From Orbicella franksi (lineage: Eukaryota), in contig OZ116712.1 in the NCBI GenBank assembly GCA_964199315.1, forward strand, positions 7,378,001 to 7,442,000: DNA of 64,000 nucleotides, in the 5' to 3' direction. Below are positions 24,601-38,914 of this stretch, piece after piece; position 1 is the stretch's first letter, and the number at the start of each line of letters is the position of its first letter. A program made the translations under genes and the position numbers. The notes under the pieces were generated by a model. The model made no database searches. It had not been told where the DNA came from and was given only the letters and a program-made list of their open reading frames with translations.

Positions 24601-26287
24601 TTCTAAGACTATGTACAGTTAAAGACTGTTGAATTGTTTTAAATTCAAAGAACATTTTTGGCTTAATTTCATAACAGTTGATGAGTGGAGTAGCTTTCTG
24701 TTGCGGCTTGAAAAAAAAAAAAAAATCTATTGCGAAATCGGCGAACGATTTCAGTGGACAAATGTGATGAGAAAGGTTCTTATGGCGCGTATCTTAAGAA
24801 AAGTGATAACCGTTTAAATCTGACAATTTTTCGCAGCGAATAAAACGAGATGATGATTGGGAAACTGAAAATGGAATATATTATTGTTTTTTAAATTGTT
24901 AAGACTGACAAGCCGTCATCAGTTCCTGCAGTCTCTTCATAGTTATGTCAACAAGACTGTTTAATTTTGTGTTCAGCTTCAGGTTGGAAAGGCAACGCTA
25001 TATAGCGATTTAGAAATTGGATTGAAATGTTTTCATCTATCGTTTCTTCCTTTTAGCAGCTGTTGACGACTGCCTCTTAATATATCCGACCTTTTGGGAT
25101 CAATTACTGTGGCTCTGTTTATGTCTTGGTATGAAACGCTAAATCAGTGGCCATTGAAATGCGACAGGCTGAGCAGTATTTTCATCTGGTGCTGTTCTTA
25201 TGCTTGAAAAGTTGGTTCCTGAAACTCTAGTGAAGCCCTTATGTCTTTTCATTTCAAATGAAAAAAATCGATCAGGGCTCGTTAACTGATGCGGTGATTG
25301 TTTATCCGGCGAAATTTGCAAATTGAAATTTCAGATTCATGTTCTCAATTTTGGTCAAAGCGCAATCAGGTTTTAACTGAATCTGTAGGGTCATCTGTTA
25401 AAGAGGAAATGTAGACTAGTGATTTGCGAGATGTTAGATAGTAGCGGCGTATTTTCAATTCTTTACCCTGCTTTGAAATGAAATACGGCACGTCAAACGT
25501 GCTCTTATGGAGACAATTGAGTGAAAGAATCAAGCCCTGAAGCTCCTCGATAACTTCATTTCAGCCTGTCCCACGGGTGCCATGGCTCTCAAGTTAAATT
25601 TCCGGGCATTCAATTAACTGGTCGTAATGAACTTCAAAACTGGACAGATCTTATCTCCTGGCGAGCTAAGAACCGTAAAACAGGTAAACTAGAATTGGTT
25701 ATTGCTGAGCTCTCAAAAGCACGTGTCTTGAAGTGCTTACCTGCAGGTAGATAATGATATTGTTTTGATTGAAACTGTTTCGTTAGAATTTATCAGAAAG
25801 CCCTTAGGCCATCCACGAAACCAACGACTTCCTTCTTTAAAAGGTGCTTTATTTGAAAGTCATGCTGGTGATAAAACGTTGCCCCTTTCACTGACGACTG
25901 AATGCAATTATCTATCATCTATCTGCGCATCAGTTTTACCAAGTAGTCAACCAGCTGATATTTCGATATTCTGCGTAATGATAGAGTTAGTGTATTTATA
26001 ATCTTCTCTTGGGGCGTTTTTCATATTCCAGGGGGCACTTCCTTTTACGGACTACATGAAGCGGGTTTTTCACGCTAGAAAGGAAGGGATTTCAAAGAGA
26101 TTTCAGGGTTGGGAAAACTGCTGTTCATGAGCTTGAAAGGCCTAAACAAAACATTTTGGACAGACACACTGAGACACTGAGTCAAAATCAGAGGACATAT
26201 AAATTTGCATTGATTTAAACTTAAGTCTAATGAACTAATTTCACTGAAAATTTCTATACAAGTGCACTGAAACGATAAAAAAGAGTA

Positions 26288-26768
26288 TATATATCTCTTA
26301 ATAACCGAGTTGGATGTCACTGCTGTAATTTACAAGAACGAGCTGATTCTCCTTCAATTTATGCCCTAAATGCGAAGCACGTGGGAAATGAATCGAAGCG
26401 GAAAAAACGAGGATCCGTAACTTGCAACTCGGACCGAGAAGACGAGGTTAGCAAGATATTTATTTTCTGTGTGTCCAATGAGTTCGGGAAACGATTTGTA
26501 TTCACGTGGGACGTCTTGAAATTACTGACGCACGTCGAAAACAAAACGAGTCAATTTGAAATCGTTGTTAAGTCTTTAGTACGTTATAATACACAATTTA
26601 AAGTAAAAGAAAGTTTTAATCACTTGCCATGAAAGTTTAAAACATTTTGCGTTAAATCAAGAAAGATTTTGGCAACACAAAGATCTTTTAAATGGTTGCG
26701 GGCCGTACAGCACAAAACGGCCCGCTAAATTGACTAATCACCGCGCGTGCAATAATTGAGGGATATAA
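26288..26768. mobile_element. Palindromic non-autonomous element (Crypton-like hairpin class, family uncertain)
   Basis: Imperfect inverted ends tatatctcttaataa / taattgagggatata. Internal GCGAAGC at 26372-26378. ctaatcaccgcgcg (CCAAT-like) near the right end. Confidence 0.6.
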
Positions 26769-27068
26769 AACCAAATACAATCATTCATCAATTTTCATCT
26801 TGATGTTTTGGGAACAATTGAAGTACTGGCGAAAGTAACTAGTCATAATGTTAGCCCCTATCTGACCAATGATGCAGAAACATCATCGTGACAGTGTCCT
26901 TTTGAGAGGTTTACACTATCCAAAGGTGTATAGAAAAGGGATGCACTACGGTATGTAATGTAGGTATACGAAAAGGCTACCTTTCCTGTCAAAAATGGTG
27001 GAGAAAAGTGTCAGCAGGGTTTGCACCACTGAACAGAGCCCCCATAAAAACCTTTTTTTAGGTATCTC

Positions 27069-27364
27069 GGTGGGAGGCGCGGTGGCCTCAAGGTTAGTGC
27101 GCTCGTCTCCGGATCGAGCGGTCCGGGTTCGAGCCCTGGCCGGGGACATTGTGTTGTGTTCTTGGGCAAGACACTTTACTCTCACAGTGCCTCTCTCCAC
27201 CCAGGTGTATAAATGGGTACCGGCGAACTTAATGCTGGGGGTAACCCTGCGATGGACTAGCATCCCATCCAGGGGGGAGTAGAAATACGCCTAGTCGCTT
27301 CATGCTACAGAAACCGGGATAAGCTCCGGCCTGATGGGCCACTTGGCTCGCATGCAGACTTTAC
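27069..27364 (+). mobile_element. Full-length tRNA-derived SINE with 13-bp target-site duplication
   Basis: Pol III A box TGGCCTCAAGG (27083-27093), B box GGTTCGAGCCC (27126-27136), 3' tail gactttac. TSD ttttaggtatctc at 27056-27068 and 27365-27377. Second copy at 54.2-54.5 kb. Confidence 0.92.
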
Positions 27365-27454
27365 TTTTAGGTATCTCACCCGAAAATTCTGGATGTTCGT
27401 AGTCCTGTGTAAATCTTGGACATGATGCGACGTTGATCAGGAAGAGAGACTAAT

Positions 27455-27545
27455 TTTTAAATGCTGGGGGTAACCTACCTTCAGAGTTAGTATCATTACT
27501 CCTGGGTAAGCGAGGGAGGAGGGTTAATATCCCTGCTTTCGCTGC
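27455..27545 (+). mobile_element. Decayed internal fragment of the same SINE family
   Basis: aatgctgggggtaacc... matches the SINE body at 27231-27246; downstream similarity is weak. Confidence 0.4.
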
Positions 27546-27789
27546 GTTAAGGTGATCCACTTTTACAGGTTAATAAAGATAGTTTAGAGACCAAAACACC
27601 GAAAGAGGCAAGGGAGTTGAGGTGAAATTATATTGTAGAGTCCAGTCAAACTATCACATAGTAATTCTTACGAAATCAAACATTTTGTTTTGTCGAGAAA
27701 CTGATAAAGAAATTATAATTTATCAAACACCTTTAAATAAACCTTTAGACACTGAGAGTTTCGTCATTAATTCGTTTATGTATTACAAG

Positions 27790-28145
27790 AATAAGCAGAA
27801 GCATGAGAAGCTTATGTGTTAGTGAGGAGGGTTGCTGTCATAAGCATAAGTGTTGTTATGCTTTTCGTTACAAAACTGTATGTTTATATCGCGGTTATGT
27901 CAGTAGCGAAATGGTCGGCATAAGCATAAAGTGCTCGCTGATTGGCAGGATGTCTTTCTCTTATTCTCATGCTTATGCTCAAGCCCATGCCAACCATGTC
28001 CCCACTGTACATAAGCATGACGAAAACACAAGCTTAAGGCTTTTATATTCTTATGTTTATGCTTATGTCCGGCCGTCCCCACTAGTGTATAAGCTTCTTT
28101 TATGCCTATGCTTATGCTCACGTCGCAAGTGAGAACCGGGCTTTA
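27790..28145. mobile_element. MITE remnant rich in (TTATGC)/(GCATAA) subrepeats
   Basis: Many cataag/cttatg units in both orientations. Right end cgtcgcaagtgagaaccgggcttta looks like a TIR; left TIR not recognisable. Confidence 0.55.
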
Positions 28146-31100
28146 AAGCCGAATTGAATTATTTTAACTGCAAATGGGAATTTAATATGCTAAAGACCAT
28201 CGTCTTAATGCTTTTCATGTGTAAATTCTTTCTCCCGCATTTCAAATATATGTCATTTCATATATTTCACTTGCTTAACTTCACCTTTTACGGGTACATT
28301 ACGAACTCACAAAATGCCTCTCTCCCTTTTGAGGAGATTGCTCAATTGGTACTGCACAAGTTTCACAAAGGATGCTGGTTGAGTCTGTTCTTTGTAAGCT
28401 TTGTGTCTTTCTGAAATTCCGATCACTTCTTCTGAGCTGAATCGAACTACAAAAACATCTGAGCGAGCAAAATTAAAATGGCATTGTTTTTGTTACTTCT
28501 GCATGGTCCAAGTTTAATTGACCTGCTTATAATTTGGGCTCCACGTGGAGACCAACTTGAAAACCATACTAAACGGATGTAAGAGAAATTCTATCTTTCC
28601 GCAGATTGGCCCGCAGAAATTTCCAAAACACATGTTATATTTCTTACCTTAAATGTAACTTACGGAGGCAGACAGGTATCGCTTGTCGTTTTGCTTTTTT
28701 ACTGCTTTTTCTGTCGTCTTAGTGCTCAAGGGGTTTTCCAGGTGGACGGAGACCTAAAACGCAAATAGATTTTTGATCTGTCCTGTTTCGGTTCCGTTCA
28801 GTCTGGTGGTTTTGTGCTTTCAAGAACCGAGCATAATTTTCCTCGCCTCTATTGTGCATTTTGTTAAAGGCATAAAGCTGTCAAATAATGGAAGCAATTG
28901 ACCCTTTATTTGAACTTAATAACAGCCCATTATTTTGTTTTTACCTCCTTTTTAATCGCCCTTAACTTGCGCGTAAATTTAAGTACTTATAAACAGTCCG
29001 ACCAATAGATATTTTAAGGCCCACTTTAGTCTCTAGCAATTTTAAGTGTATTTGCCAGGTGAAGAAACATTGTATTTAAACAACTACTTTAAGCTATAGA
29101 ATTCTCATGCCTTTAACTGCAATATAATATCGGTGACGTAATTTTGAATCATTGACGGACATTCTGAAGTTCTATTCCTCAACTGATCGTTAGAACTTTC
29201 GATTTTTCGATTCGGTAAGATTGATTTCCTGTGTTCTGACCACGAGTGAAGTATTTCAATAAATCTCTTTGTGTGCACTTCCTTGTCAAGAAAACTTTCA
29301 TTAAAACACCAAAGAGAAAGTTATAGAAGAATAAATTTAATAACCATATGTTTAAAGAGTATAATATAGTTTACCAATTAATGCTTACTCGTGAAGACCA
29401 CACAGGAAGAAGAAAGAACAATGGAGAACAAATTTCAGGTCTTCCATTTCGAAGAGCCATTTTGAATGAAGTAAAATAATCGTCAAGTTGTCAACATTTT
29501 ACGTTTCAAGTAAATTGCACACGAACATGACTTGAAATGGCGGGATAAGGGATTCTCTCAAACAGAACTATCATCGTCATTTTAACTCCATTCAGTTTTA
29601 GCGTTAGTTGTGTCCTCTTAGATTTGGAACGTAGCTCTCCACTGTAGTTGGCATGACAGTGTGTTACAAACATTTGCCCAGGTTTGGGCCCTTGCATGTC
29701 GCCCCGTCTCAATAAGAGAATGATCACGGTACAAGTAGTCGTTTCTGATCTTTTTTCCATTTTTTCCGTCTTCCGCTGAGATGAACTGCTCTTAAAGGTC
29801 AGTCGGAGTGTTGCGTTATACAGTGCTGACCCAGAGTGTATCACAATAATAGCGTTTTACTTTTTTTTGTTTCCTACAGGAGTGGTGCTCGTTTAAATTT
29901 AACGCAAATTAAACGAATTTGTGTTCGCACTGTGCGAAAGTTTGGTGTACGTTAAAAGAAAGCAAAGTGATGAATTGTGTGAAAAATGCCTACCATTTTC
30001 ATGTCTTCTAATTATGAAAGTGAAAATGAAAACGTGTACCAAATATCGCCTGTTCCAACGAAATTTGCTGGCGACTAGATTGTAGGATGCTGTTGGAGTT
30101 CTTGGATAAAACCCCAGAATGCGACCATTCAACAGAGAGCGTTTGCGCAGGACATTTGTTTAGTATGTCTAGTCATTCACCATTTTGCCTAAAAAGATGT
30201 TAAAAGTAAAAGCTTTATTGCATATGAACATTCAATGGAAGTTTTTCAAATGGACATTCACTTCAAGTGGTACTGTTTAAAATGTTGTACAAGGTTCCGT
30301 GCAGTGAAAAACGTTTAATGCAATTAATCGTCGAAAATTGCACATTAATGCTCAGCCGTGCTATTAGTGATAATTAAATCACGCATAGTTTGCTACGTGC
30401 ATGGTTTGAACTCTAGTATCTTTTGCATCATAGGCATCAAGATGGGAATATGTTTTATGCCTTTAAATTTCATCCTATTTTTTCATGCCGAAATATGGTT
30501 GACGAGATTAGTTTGGTGCTCCGATCACCTTCCCTTTCTTAGGATATGACATTGACTTACCCTTTCTCTTGAGAATGACAATTCTATTTAATATATTGTT
30601 TGCGGTGATTTCTTTGTCTTGTCGTTGAAGAGTTCTAGAGTTTCAAGGTCGTGCAAATGTTTAATTTCCCGATGCCGACAGCTCAACTGAAATTAAACCG
30701 ACTGGCAGAAGTTTAAAAGCTGAAACCATTTCCACTTCTTTTTTTTATTCATTGTTGTTCCCCTCCCTCCAGTATTTTAATGTTTAAAAGGTCTCAATAG
30801 GACAGATGATTGTTGTTTCGTTTTTACATCGTTTCCCTTCGTAATTCTAGATAAAAACTATTCTGAGACTGTTCTGAGTTCATTCATTTAGTTGGCCAGT
30901 ATTTCCGGAAGGATCTTCAAACAATTGCTTAATAACTCTTGTTCTTTAAGATGATTATAACTCGTGTTAAGAGGAGAAATAATATTGGCTTAAGAAATGA
31001 GCATCCTATACACAGAGAAAATAAAATAATCATACTATGGGTACGGTAAACCAAGCCTTTGTGATGGCCACGCCTATTTTTTGTCGTTCCGTTCACATAA

Positions 31101-34100
31101 AACTCGTAAGGGAGGAAGGCGTTTGTTGTGTATTAAAATTATTTGTATTTCAGATCTATTGAGAATTCAGTAATTACTTCACCCTGGTGTATACAAACGG
31201 AAAGCAGTGGACCGGAGTTGTTCAACAACCTACTGATTCTAACCTTCTATTAATCGGGAAGTACTGTTTTTCTCCTGCCTGCACTATGTCACTGAATCTG
31301 GAATTTTATTACGACAGGAATGAGCTGCCAAGCTTAAAATATTTTTAACCCACCTCGACCCTGCATTCATTTGGATGTTAAGGATTCCTTTTGTGTGGGA
31401 TGTCTTGTCTGTAACATCGATGTAGACTTGCTGTAAATTGTTCTAGGACCTAGTTTTTCAACCCACTTCTTACCAAAGCCAACATCGGCAGGATTATTTT
31501 ACAGTGTAACTTTCGATTTAAGTTGGAACTCTCTACCGGTTACCACAATGAGACTAATTTTAGTTAAAGTTTTAAAGTCATAACTAACCAATGAACCGTG
31601 GTCATGCTTTAGTTATTTGCTTTTCTTGCATTGTAACTTTAGTGGTATAAAGTTGCTGCAGAACTAAACACATTCGAGTTAATGATACAGACTGCGCTGT
31701 CTTACGCTGAGTTCAACAGATCTTGTCTGTGAACATAGTCGCATTGGAAAGTTCGAGAATGCAAAATTAATCAATTCTAATTACCTAGAAATTTAAAGAA
31801 ACACTCCAAAGAACATTGCAACTCTGATGTGAGGTGGACTGAAGCGAACGAAAATTCAGTACTGAAAACAGCAGATCGGATAACAAAAAAAAAACCTCAA
31901 CGAATGTCAATCACTGATCGCAGCACTGGAAGCAGTATTTTCAGTCACGTCAAAGAACATTGAGTTGGGTCCTTTTGTCGATGTCGTCGAGCCCTGTTAT
32001 TTACACCGTACGATTGACCATTGAGAGTGTCTCTTGCATTTCTCCCTCCTTTAATTCAATATGTCTCTCACTCATTTGAAAAGAACTAACCACGCCATCC
32101 ATGAAATGCCTTGAACCCTAAACTTGAGTATGCATATGAGATTCTGCAACAACAGTATGAGCGTCTTCGTTTGGCGTTATTGTATGAAAAGGATCATTTT
32201 AGAACAATGTATAAAAACGTTTTAGCTTAATTCTATTACGACTGAAATACAGTTATTCTTTGTTGTTTTGCTTTCAACATGTTGTCAATGGCCTATCAGT
32301 ACGAGCGAGATCTTTCCGAACTTTTTTCATTGAATTATTAGATTTCCGTTTTATTGGTGACGTTTTCGAAAGCAAAGTGTCATCTTTAAAGATCTTTTGA
32401 TTAATCTTATATTTTAATTGTTTGTTCCTTTGCAACTTCTTCGTCGTTTTCACGGTTATACATTTTAAATCACTGAGAACTTAAAAACTTTTGAATGCGT
32501 TTTCCGATCATTACAGTAAAAGGACTGTAAAACTGATTCACATCTCGATTGTAAGCACAGAGGACTTAATCATCGCAATGACTTTTTTCCTCTCGCGTTG
32601 ATAAAAGCGGGAAATATGAATGGCAAGGTCTCATCATAAAAAAGTAAATTGTTATTCCTTGTCAACTTCAATAGCAAGTAATAAAAAGGTTCATAACGGC
32701 CATGAGATAAGACTACAACTGGGTTGCAGCTCTTGTATTTTCGTTGAAGATTTCAACATTTTCCGCCTCTCAATCTCCAGTGGTAAATTGGGTTCGTCTG
32801 CAGGATTAGAGAAGAGCGAACTTGAAGGGCATCTCAAAGCGGCGTTTTTAATGAATTTGTATTTGCGTGGTGCATGTAATGCCCCAATTGAATTTTTTGG
32901 AACTTTTTTCTATGTGTAAGGAATCGAGCAAAGCTTACGATGAACACGAAATCGAAGCCTTTTTTCATAGAAATTCGTGACGTTACAGCTAAAGACATGC
33001 AGATTCAGCGCGAAATCATTTTTCTGTAAAATGCAAAGGACGGCGCAAACCCGGCCAGTTCTTTTTTTAAACGACTGTCTCAGTCAGCAGGGATAATAAC
33101 CCATCATATGAACACCTGAAAAAACACCACCGCTTCCGTGCGTTTGTTCACCATTTTCATAAACGAGAAGAATTTTCTTTTTCCTTTTGAATACACGTTC
33201 TTTGTTTTGCTTTCTACAGTCCTTAGTGTCGTACTTCGGCGTAAGTTTGCAGTGAATGAAGAGAAAAGAAAGGAAAAAAAGAACTTTCTAATACAATGAT
33301 TCTTGCTGTCAAAAGCGCTTTTTTCTTCCTTTATTGTTTGAACTGAACAATCTTTTTTTGCCCTGTTACCGAGAAAATCGCGCTTAGTGTGTTTCTGTTG
33401 CTGTGACTATAAAAGTTTAAAGTGTACCAAGAAAATACTAAGTTAAATTTTCTAGTCTGTTCCTGAATAAAAGATTTTTATTTGTACGAAGGCAATAAAC
33501 TGTGCACGATAAACATTAATTGACTAAATCTCATTAAGAAGTCATAAAAAGATGTCTGCAAAACAAACTTAATAATTGGGTCAGAGTAAACACGAAAGGT
33601 GCAATAGGAACATGATGGTCTTAGTTCATGTGCTCCGTTTCTCAGCATAAGTATTTTCTACAAATTTTCTTTTACTTTTCCTGTGCGAAATTTGCTGCCA
33701 ATCATGCTTACGCAAAAGCAAACTTTTTTCCTTTAATTTCCGCGGAGGCCCTTTCACATCCTCTTTGGCATCGAACGAATTAAAATATGAATGAAAGGTA
33801 TCGGGTAACAAAGTTCGTCAAGGGCAACAGTTGTCTTCGCTGAGTAGTAAAAACCTATTGCTTTAATGGGTGTGTAACTTTCAGTTAAAAGATTTAACTT
33901 GTCAGATTCAAGGAAATTTATGCAAAATCTAATTTCCTATAATTCTAAACAATTTGGCCTCGATTATTTGTCGCATTGTCCAAAGAACTTAAATGCAGTC
34001 GCTTTTAGGTCATGCAAAATCTCGTGTGTTCTTTGTGTTAGAACTTTTGACTAACCGAGTGGAATTTCGAATTCAGTCTTTAAACGTGTAAACCACTTGA

Positions 34101-34604
34101 TAGAGCCGGTCATTGGCGTCCAAGTAGGAAAAAGTACTGTCATTTCTTTAAAGGGACAACTTTTATTCATAGCAAAACCGACCTCTATGTTCTGTTATTC
34201 TTTGTTGGGTGTTCTCACTTTCTTCGTGTGTCGCTTGGAATCGACTGAACGAATTTCCACCAGAATACCGGCTGGTGAATGCAGTTTCCATGACGACAAA
34301 TCTGAGGAACGTTAACGTTGTTTTGTGCGGAAGAGAATTAAGGTGAAACTTTTTGAAAGTTGAATTTTCTGCTAATTTTCCTTCATCTGGTGAAAGTATG
34401 TGGATTTGACCTGTAGTGGCTTCGCGAGATCACCGCGCAAGACCCATTAGACCCCTGTGTTGCAATGAACACAAAGTAAAACAATGCTTAGAGACTTTTT
34501 ACACTATTTTAAGGACTTGCAAATTATAAACACTTCATGTTGTTTCTTTTTCTTGCTCAAGTTTGTAATTTTAGTGAGCTGTTGATGGATTAACTAGTAC
34601 TCTA

Positions 34605-34830
34605 GTTTACTCATCAAAAGCTTTCATTTGAATATAGTCACTCCACATCTCCAAAGCATGACAAACAATAAGTTACTGACAATACCTCGCTAAATTACAA
34701 CTTCTGCAAGTATAAATCTTTTACACTTATCAACGGCTCATTCAATCTTACAATCACAAGTTAAAACCACCTTGAACAGCGTGAACAAGATTATACCGGC
34801 CACCATTTTCTATTTGAATTGGCTCTTCAC
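34605..34830 (+). repeat. Highly decayed copy of the ~105-bp repeat
   Basis: aagctttcatttgaatatagtcac and aagttaaaaccaccttgaacagc match unit segments. Confidence 0.45.
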
Positions 34831-37800
34831 AGTAGGGACACAGAATTCGTCTTTGTAGTCAATGTGCCGAAATTACCAAACGCTGCAAGGCTCCATATGA
34901 ATTGAGAATGGCGTGAACTTCTTTGTTATTCGCATATTGTGATTAGTGTGGAATAGTGTAATGCGATAAAAACACCTCGCTCTTGTAGCTAGTTTAAAGT
35001 GATGTAGTGTTTATGTATCAGAAATAACAACACTAAAATTAAACGAAGTAAATCGCATTTCTTGTTGAAAATGGCGATGTTGACGAGGAGTGTTTGGAAG
35101 GTGCTTCAGTGTTTGTGAAAGCAGTTGTGAAATATTGGAGAAGTAGACTCATCTGGGAATCTCTCATTCAACTTTTAAATTTTTTGAATCAGAATTGACC
35201 AACTGAAGTCATTAAACTTTTTACTGCCTTCAATGAGTTAAGGGTTTTAAGACCTCCTTTGAAATTGATCTTCGAGTGACGGGTAGACCCCAGTAAAAGA
35301 GTGTTCAATTTGTGAGCTTGCGATGATAAATTGAATTTAAGGATGACATCTACTGCTGTTACCCAATTCGATGAACTCTTTTCTTACAAACTTGAGCTTA
35401 ACTTCCCTTTTGGCACCTTAAGTAATACGTTTCTGCTAGCGATCATTTCCAATTATATTTATTAATAACTCATTCACGTTAGATTCTTGTTTTGACAAAG
35501 GCAAATCAACTGGATTAAAATAAGAATGACTATGAAAAGGTTGAAGAAATGGCCCTTTTTGTGTGTTTCTAAAGCGATGAGTTCTCTCTACATGTGTTTT
35601 CTTTTTTTCCTTTAAATTGCGGGCGACCCCTCGTGCTCAGCTGCCTGTCAACAAAGATTGAGGCATACGTTAGTTGACATAAATCCAGGCCGGGAAATTT
35701 TCTCTGAACTGTTGGTTGCTTAGCCATGGCTCAAACACTAGCAGAACCGATAAATGATAACCTTGGGCTGTATTTTGTCAGCTGCACTGATGAATAGCAA
35801 GATAAGGACAGAAATTGAAAGTTATTTTATGAACTCAAGCATGCAAGCATAATAGGCTTTGAAAAGGTACTCACAAAAAGTACCCCAGTTTTCAATGCAG
35901 TCCAGTTTAAATTCTAACTTTTGTTCCCCCTGTATTCCACCTTGAAAAGCATAATAGACCGTGTGACAAAGCCGAGAAGAAATTGAATGAATTCAGGACC
36001 GCTTTTACAATGTCCAAGGATAAAGCCTTCTTATTCACCACAAACAGAAATTCCAAAGACTTATGCTGATAAGCTCTGCGGTTAATTTTCATTTCGTGGA
36101 CGTTTGTTACCTTTGCTGTCACCTAACAAATCGGACTTTTCTTGTAGATATTCGACTGATAATAAAATTTAATAGCAATACTATGTACTGAGAACTTTAT
36201 AATGCTGATTTTTCACTGGAAAAGAACGTTTTCTAGCTCCAAACAATTTGATAAATGAGTATATTTAGTAAAATAAACATTTCCAGACGTTGATCGCTTA
36301 TGTTATGTTGCAGGTTCGCAGAATGGTCTTTCTTTACATTTTTAATTCGAAGCTGTGATCCATTCCCAATCTTGTAGGGCTATTTTGAAAACGATTCAAA
36401 GTGGGTAGGTCGAGGAAGTCAACATCTTACGAAAGGAGTTGACTTGAAGGAAATTCCGGTTCTAAGGAAAGAAAGCATAATTTTCCTTGATGAAATATCT
36501 TCCCATAGCCCTACCCTTGTACTGCGAATGTGGTTTTTATTGAGATAGACATCTAGACGTGTTTTTAGGAAGTCATCGAGTTATCCTTTTTTCCTTTTTG
36601 ACACCTTATGCCCTTCATGCTCATCCAAGCAGAATATTTTAACCCTGCTGGCTAAATAGGAAAGAGGATCTCAATTTCCTGCAGCATAATCAATGCTGGC
36701 AGCCAGCTGTGAGGTCTTTCAACTTTATTTTTTTTTCCTTCCTTGATTGCGTATGAGTGCTTCTGTACTCGTCGTTGTCATTTCGTAACGACTTTGACTT
36801 TGTCATGTATTCATTTTAATACTGCGTTTTTTCCTTCAGTTTTTACGATGGGACTAATTTAAACCTCGTTCGAAGATGACCTGCTTCTGTTAATTGGAGT
36901 GAACGGTGCTGACGTTAATTAGTAAAGGTGAAGCACTTTTATGTACGGCTAGCAAATTTCATGAAGCGTGTTGGATCTTTAATCGTGTTGTGCACTTGCT
37001 CTTGACGAAATACGAAAGACATTCTTACAAACGTTGCCCTCTTTTAAACTATGGACACTTTGACTATACATTGAAAGCAGACGAATTTATTATGTCTAAA
37101 AAAAGAAAGCAAACTCGTTGCAAAATCCTAGAGCGAAAGTAAAATTTCATAATGTTGAAATTAGAGTTTGTAAAGTAAACTTGAGTCATGTTTCATGGTA
37201 CAAGGTCAGTTTATCTTGTTTTTGCTCGCAGTGAATACAAGGAAAAGGGTTTTTCCATAAAAAAGATTGCGTTTTATACTAAACTATATCTTTGATTCCA
37301 TGTAAAATGGATTCTACTCCATGTTTCTTAAATGAGCTCTGTGAGGGATGGTGCATCTCAAAAGTGCGGCGTTAAGTCAGTTTTTTTCTATTGTGGGAAG
37401 GTTTAAAGTCCTTATGAAAAAGCCGGAACTAGCGATAAGAAGTAAAACAGAGGTGGTCCATTTGCTCAACAGAAAGTCAGAATATAGCCTGACCCAAGAA
37501 AACACAAAGCGTTTTTTCAATTAGGGTCATCGAAATTTTTACGTGATTGTTCAAAATTGAACGCAATTGGGCCTACCAGTTTTGTCAACACTCGCCGTCA
37601 TTAGGGCAATTGAGATAAAGTTATTTAAACAGCGACAAATAACAAGTCATTTAAACGCAAAGCTGATTTATTGCTAGCACGGAACAGCAAACACAGCTTA
37701 CAATTTTTTTCGTCAGATCCCTACAGTTCCAGCGAAATTTCGCGATTATTTTTAACCTTGCATTCGTTTCTGAAAGAATTACCTTCTTTTGTCTTCGTTC

Positions 37801-38914
37801 TGGTTTATACTTAAATCATTAATGTACATTAGTTGTCTGAACAATTTTTCAAGATGTTTGCTTAAAGAATAAATGGCGGGTGGACCATCAAAGGGCAACT
37901 GAGAAACCTGTGGGGAAAATTTGTCCTCTTTTAGCTCGTTTTTAAGCACGAATATTCTCTCTCTCAAAGTTATTATAGATTGTTCCTTTCTTCGTCGTTT
38001 TAATCCTTTTTAATAAAAGTTTAATTCACAGTCACCTGAAATGTCGAGCTTGACAAATGATGTTTGTTTAACGAAAACTGGATAATTTAAAAAAAAATTA
38101 TTCTCGGAGATTATCGCTACGTTTACTGAATCCGAAGTTATAATTGGCAAAACCAAAAGATGCAGTTTCTTGCTGTATTCTAAGCCTTGACTAATCCTTG
38201 ACATGTTATTTATGTAATTCTTGCTTTAAATTTTACTTTTTGGATAGTACTTTCATAGTTACCACAGTCGCCTGAACAATTTTTAACATTGGCAAATGTT
38301 TGTGTAGCAAAATATAAATAATAATTAGGGGAAAAGCTCTTTGTTTTATCTGTCTCTCAGAAATTAAGGAAGACTGTTACAAAAGTTAAACCAGAAAGTT
38401 TCACTCTAAGATGTGTAAATATTTTTTACCTGTATATTTTCTTATTCCAGACAAATTTTAAATTTTACGCTTTTTGTCACGTTGAGAAAATTGAACTTTT
38501 CGGGTGAATGAAAGAAACTGAAAGTTTATTTAGGACCGCCGAGTAAATAGGGGGAGATGACTTTATTGAATAGTTGATTAAATGCTAGCTTGCTTCAAGG
38601 CAGAATTCAGCTTTTAAAACCCTGTTCGTTTAGTAGCGACGAAAGGCATCTGTTCAATTACTCATTTTTACACATCAGAAATAATTCACTCATACTGCTA
38701 AATTAACACACTAAATTTAAGAGTATATTTAAGTCCATCATTTCGTATTTCACAAGGTAAACCTTGTAAAATCGCTCACAGTTTGGCAGAGTGATGTTAC
38801 ACTCAGTTAGCTATTTTACTTCTAATAAGTGCTTATGCTTAAAAATATCAAATGTCGTTATAAGTGCGTCACAATGAGTAACAAACGGCACCCTGTGAAA
38901 GCACCACGGATTTT

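Larger units (their letters stand above)
26028..27382 (+). mobile_element. Old MITE interrupted by younger insertions
   Basis: 5' part ccagggggcacttcc... near 26028 and 3' part ggtatacgaaaaggctacctttcctgtcaaaaatggt...aacctttttttaggtatctc[SINE]acccg match the two ends of a repeat family I recall from corals. Heavily decayed. Confidence 0.45.

Noticed and set aside
27069-27140. tRNA-like sequence with A and B boxes
   Set aside because: No complete cloverleaf or acceptor stem; it continues into a SINE body with a TSD, so it is a SINE head, not a tRNA gene.
26946-27282. 105-aa and 95-aa ORFs on both strands, similar to ORFs at 54274-54611
   Set aside because: The similarity comes from two copies of the same SINE, not from a protein family.
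37779-38204. Two adjacent short minus-strand ORFs with protein-like composition
   Set aside because: No recognisable domain or convincing splice sites; cannot be supported without a homology search.
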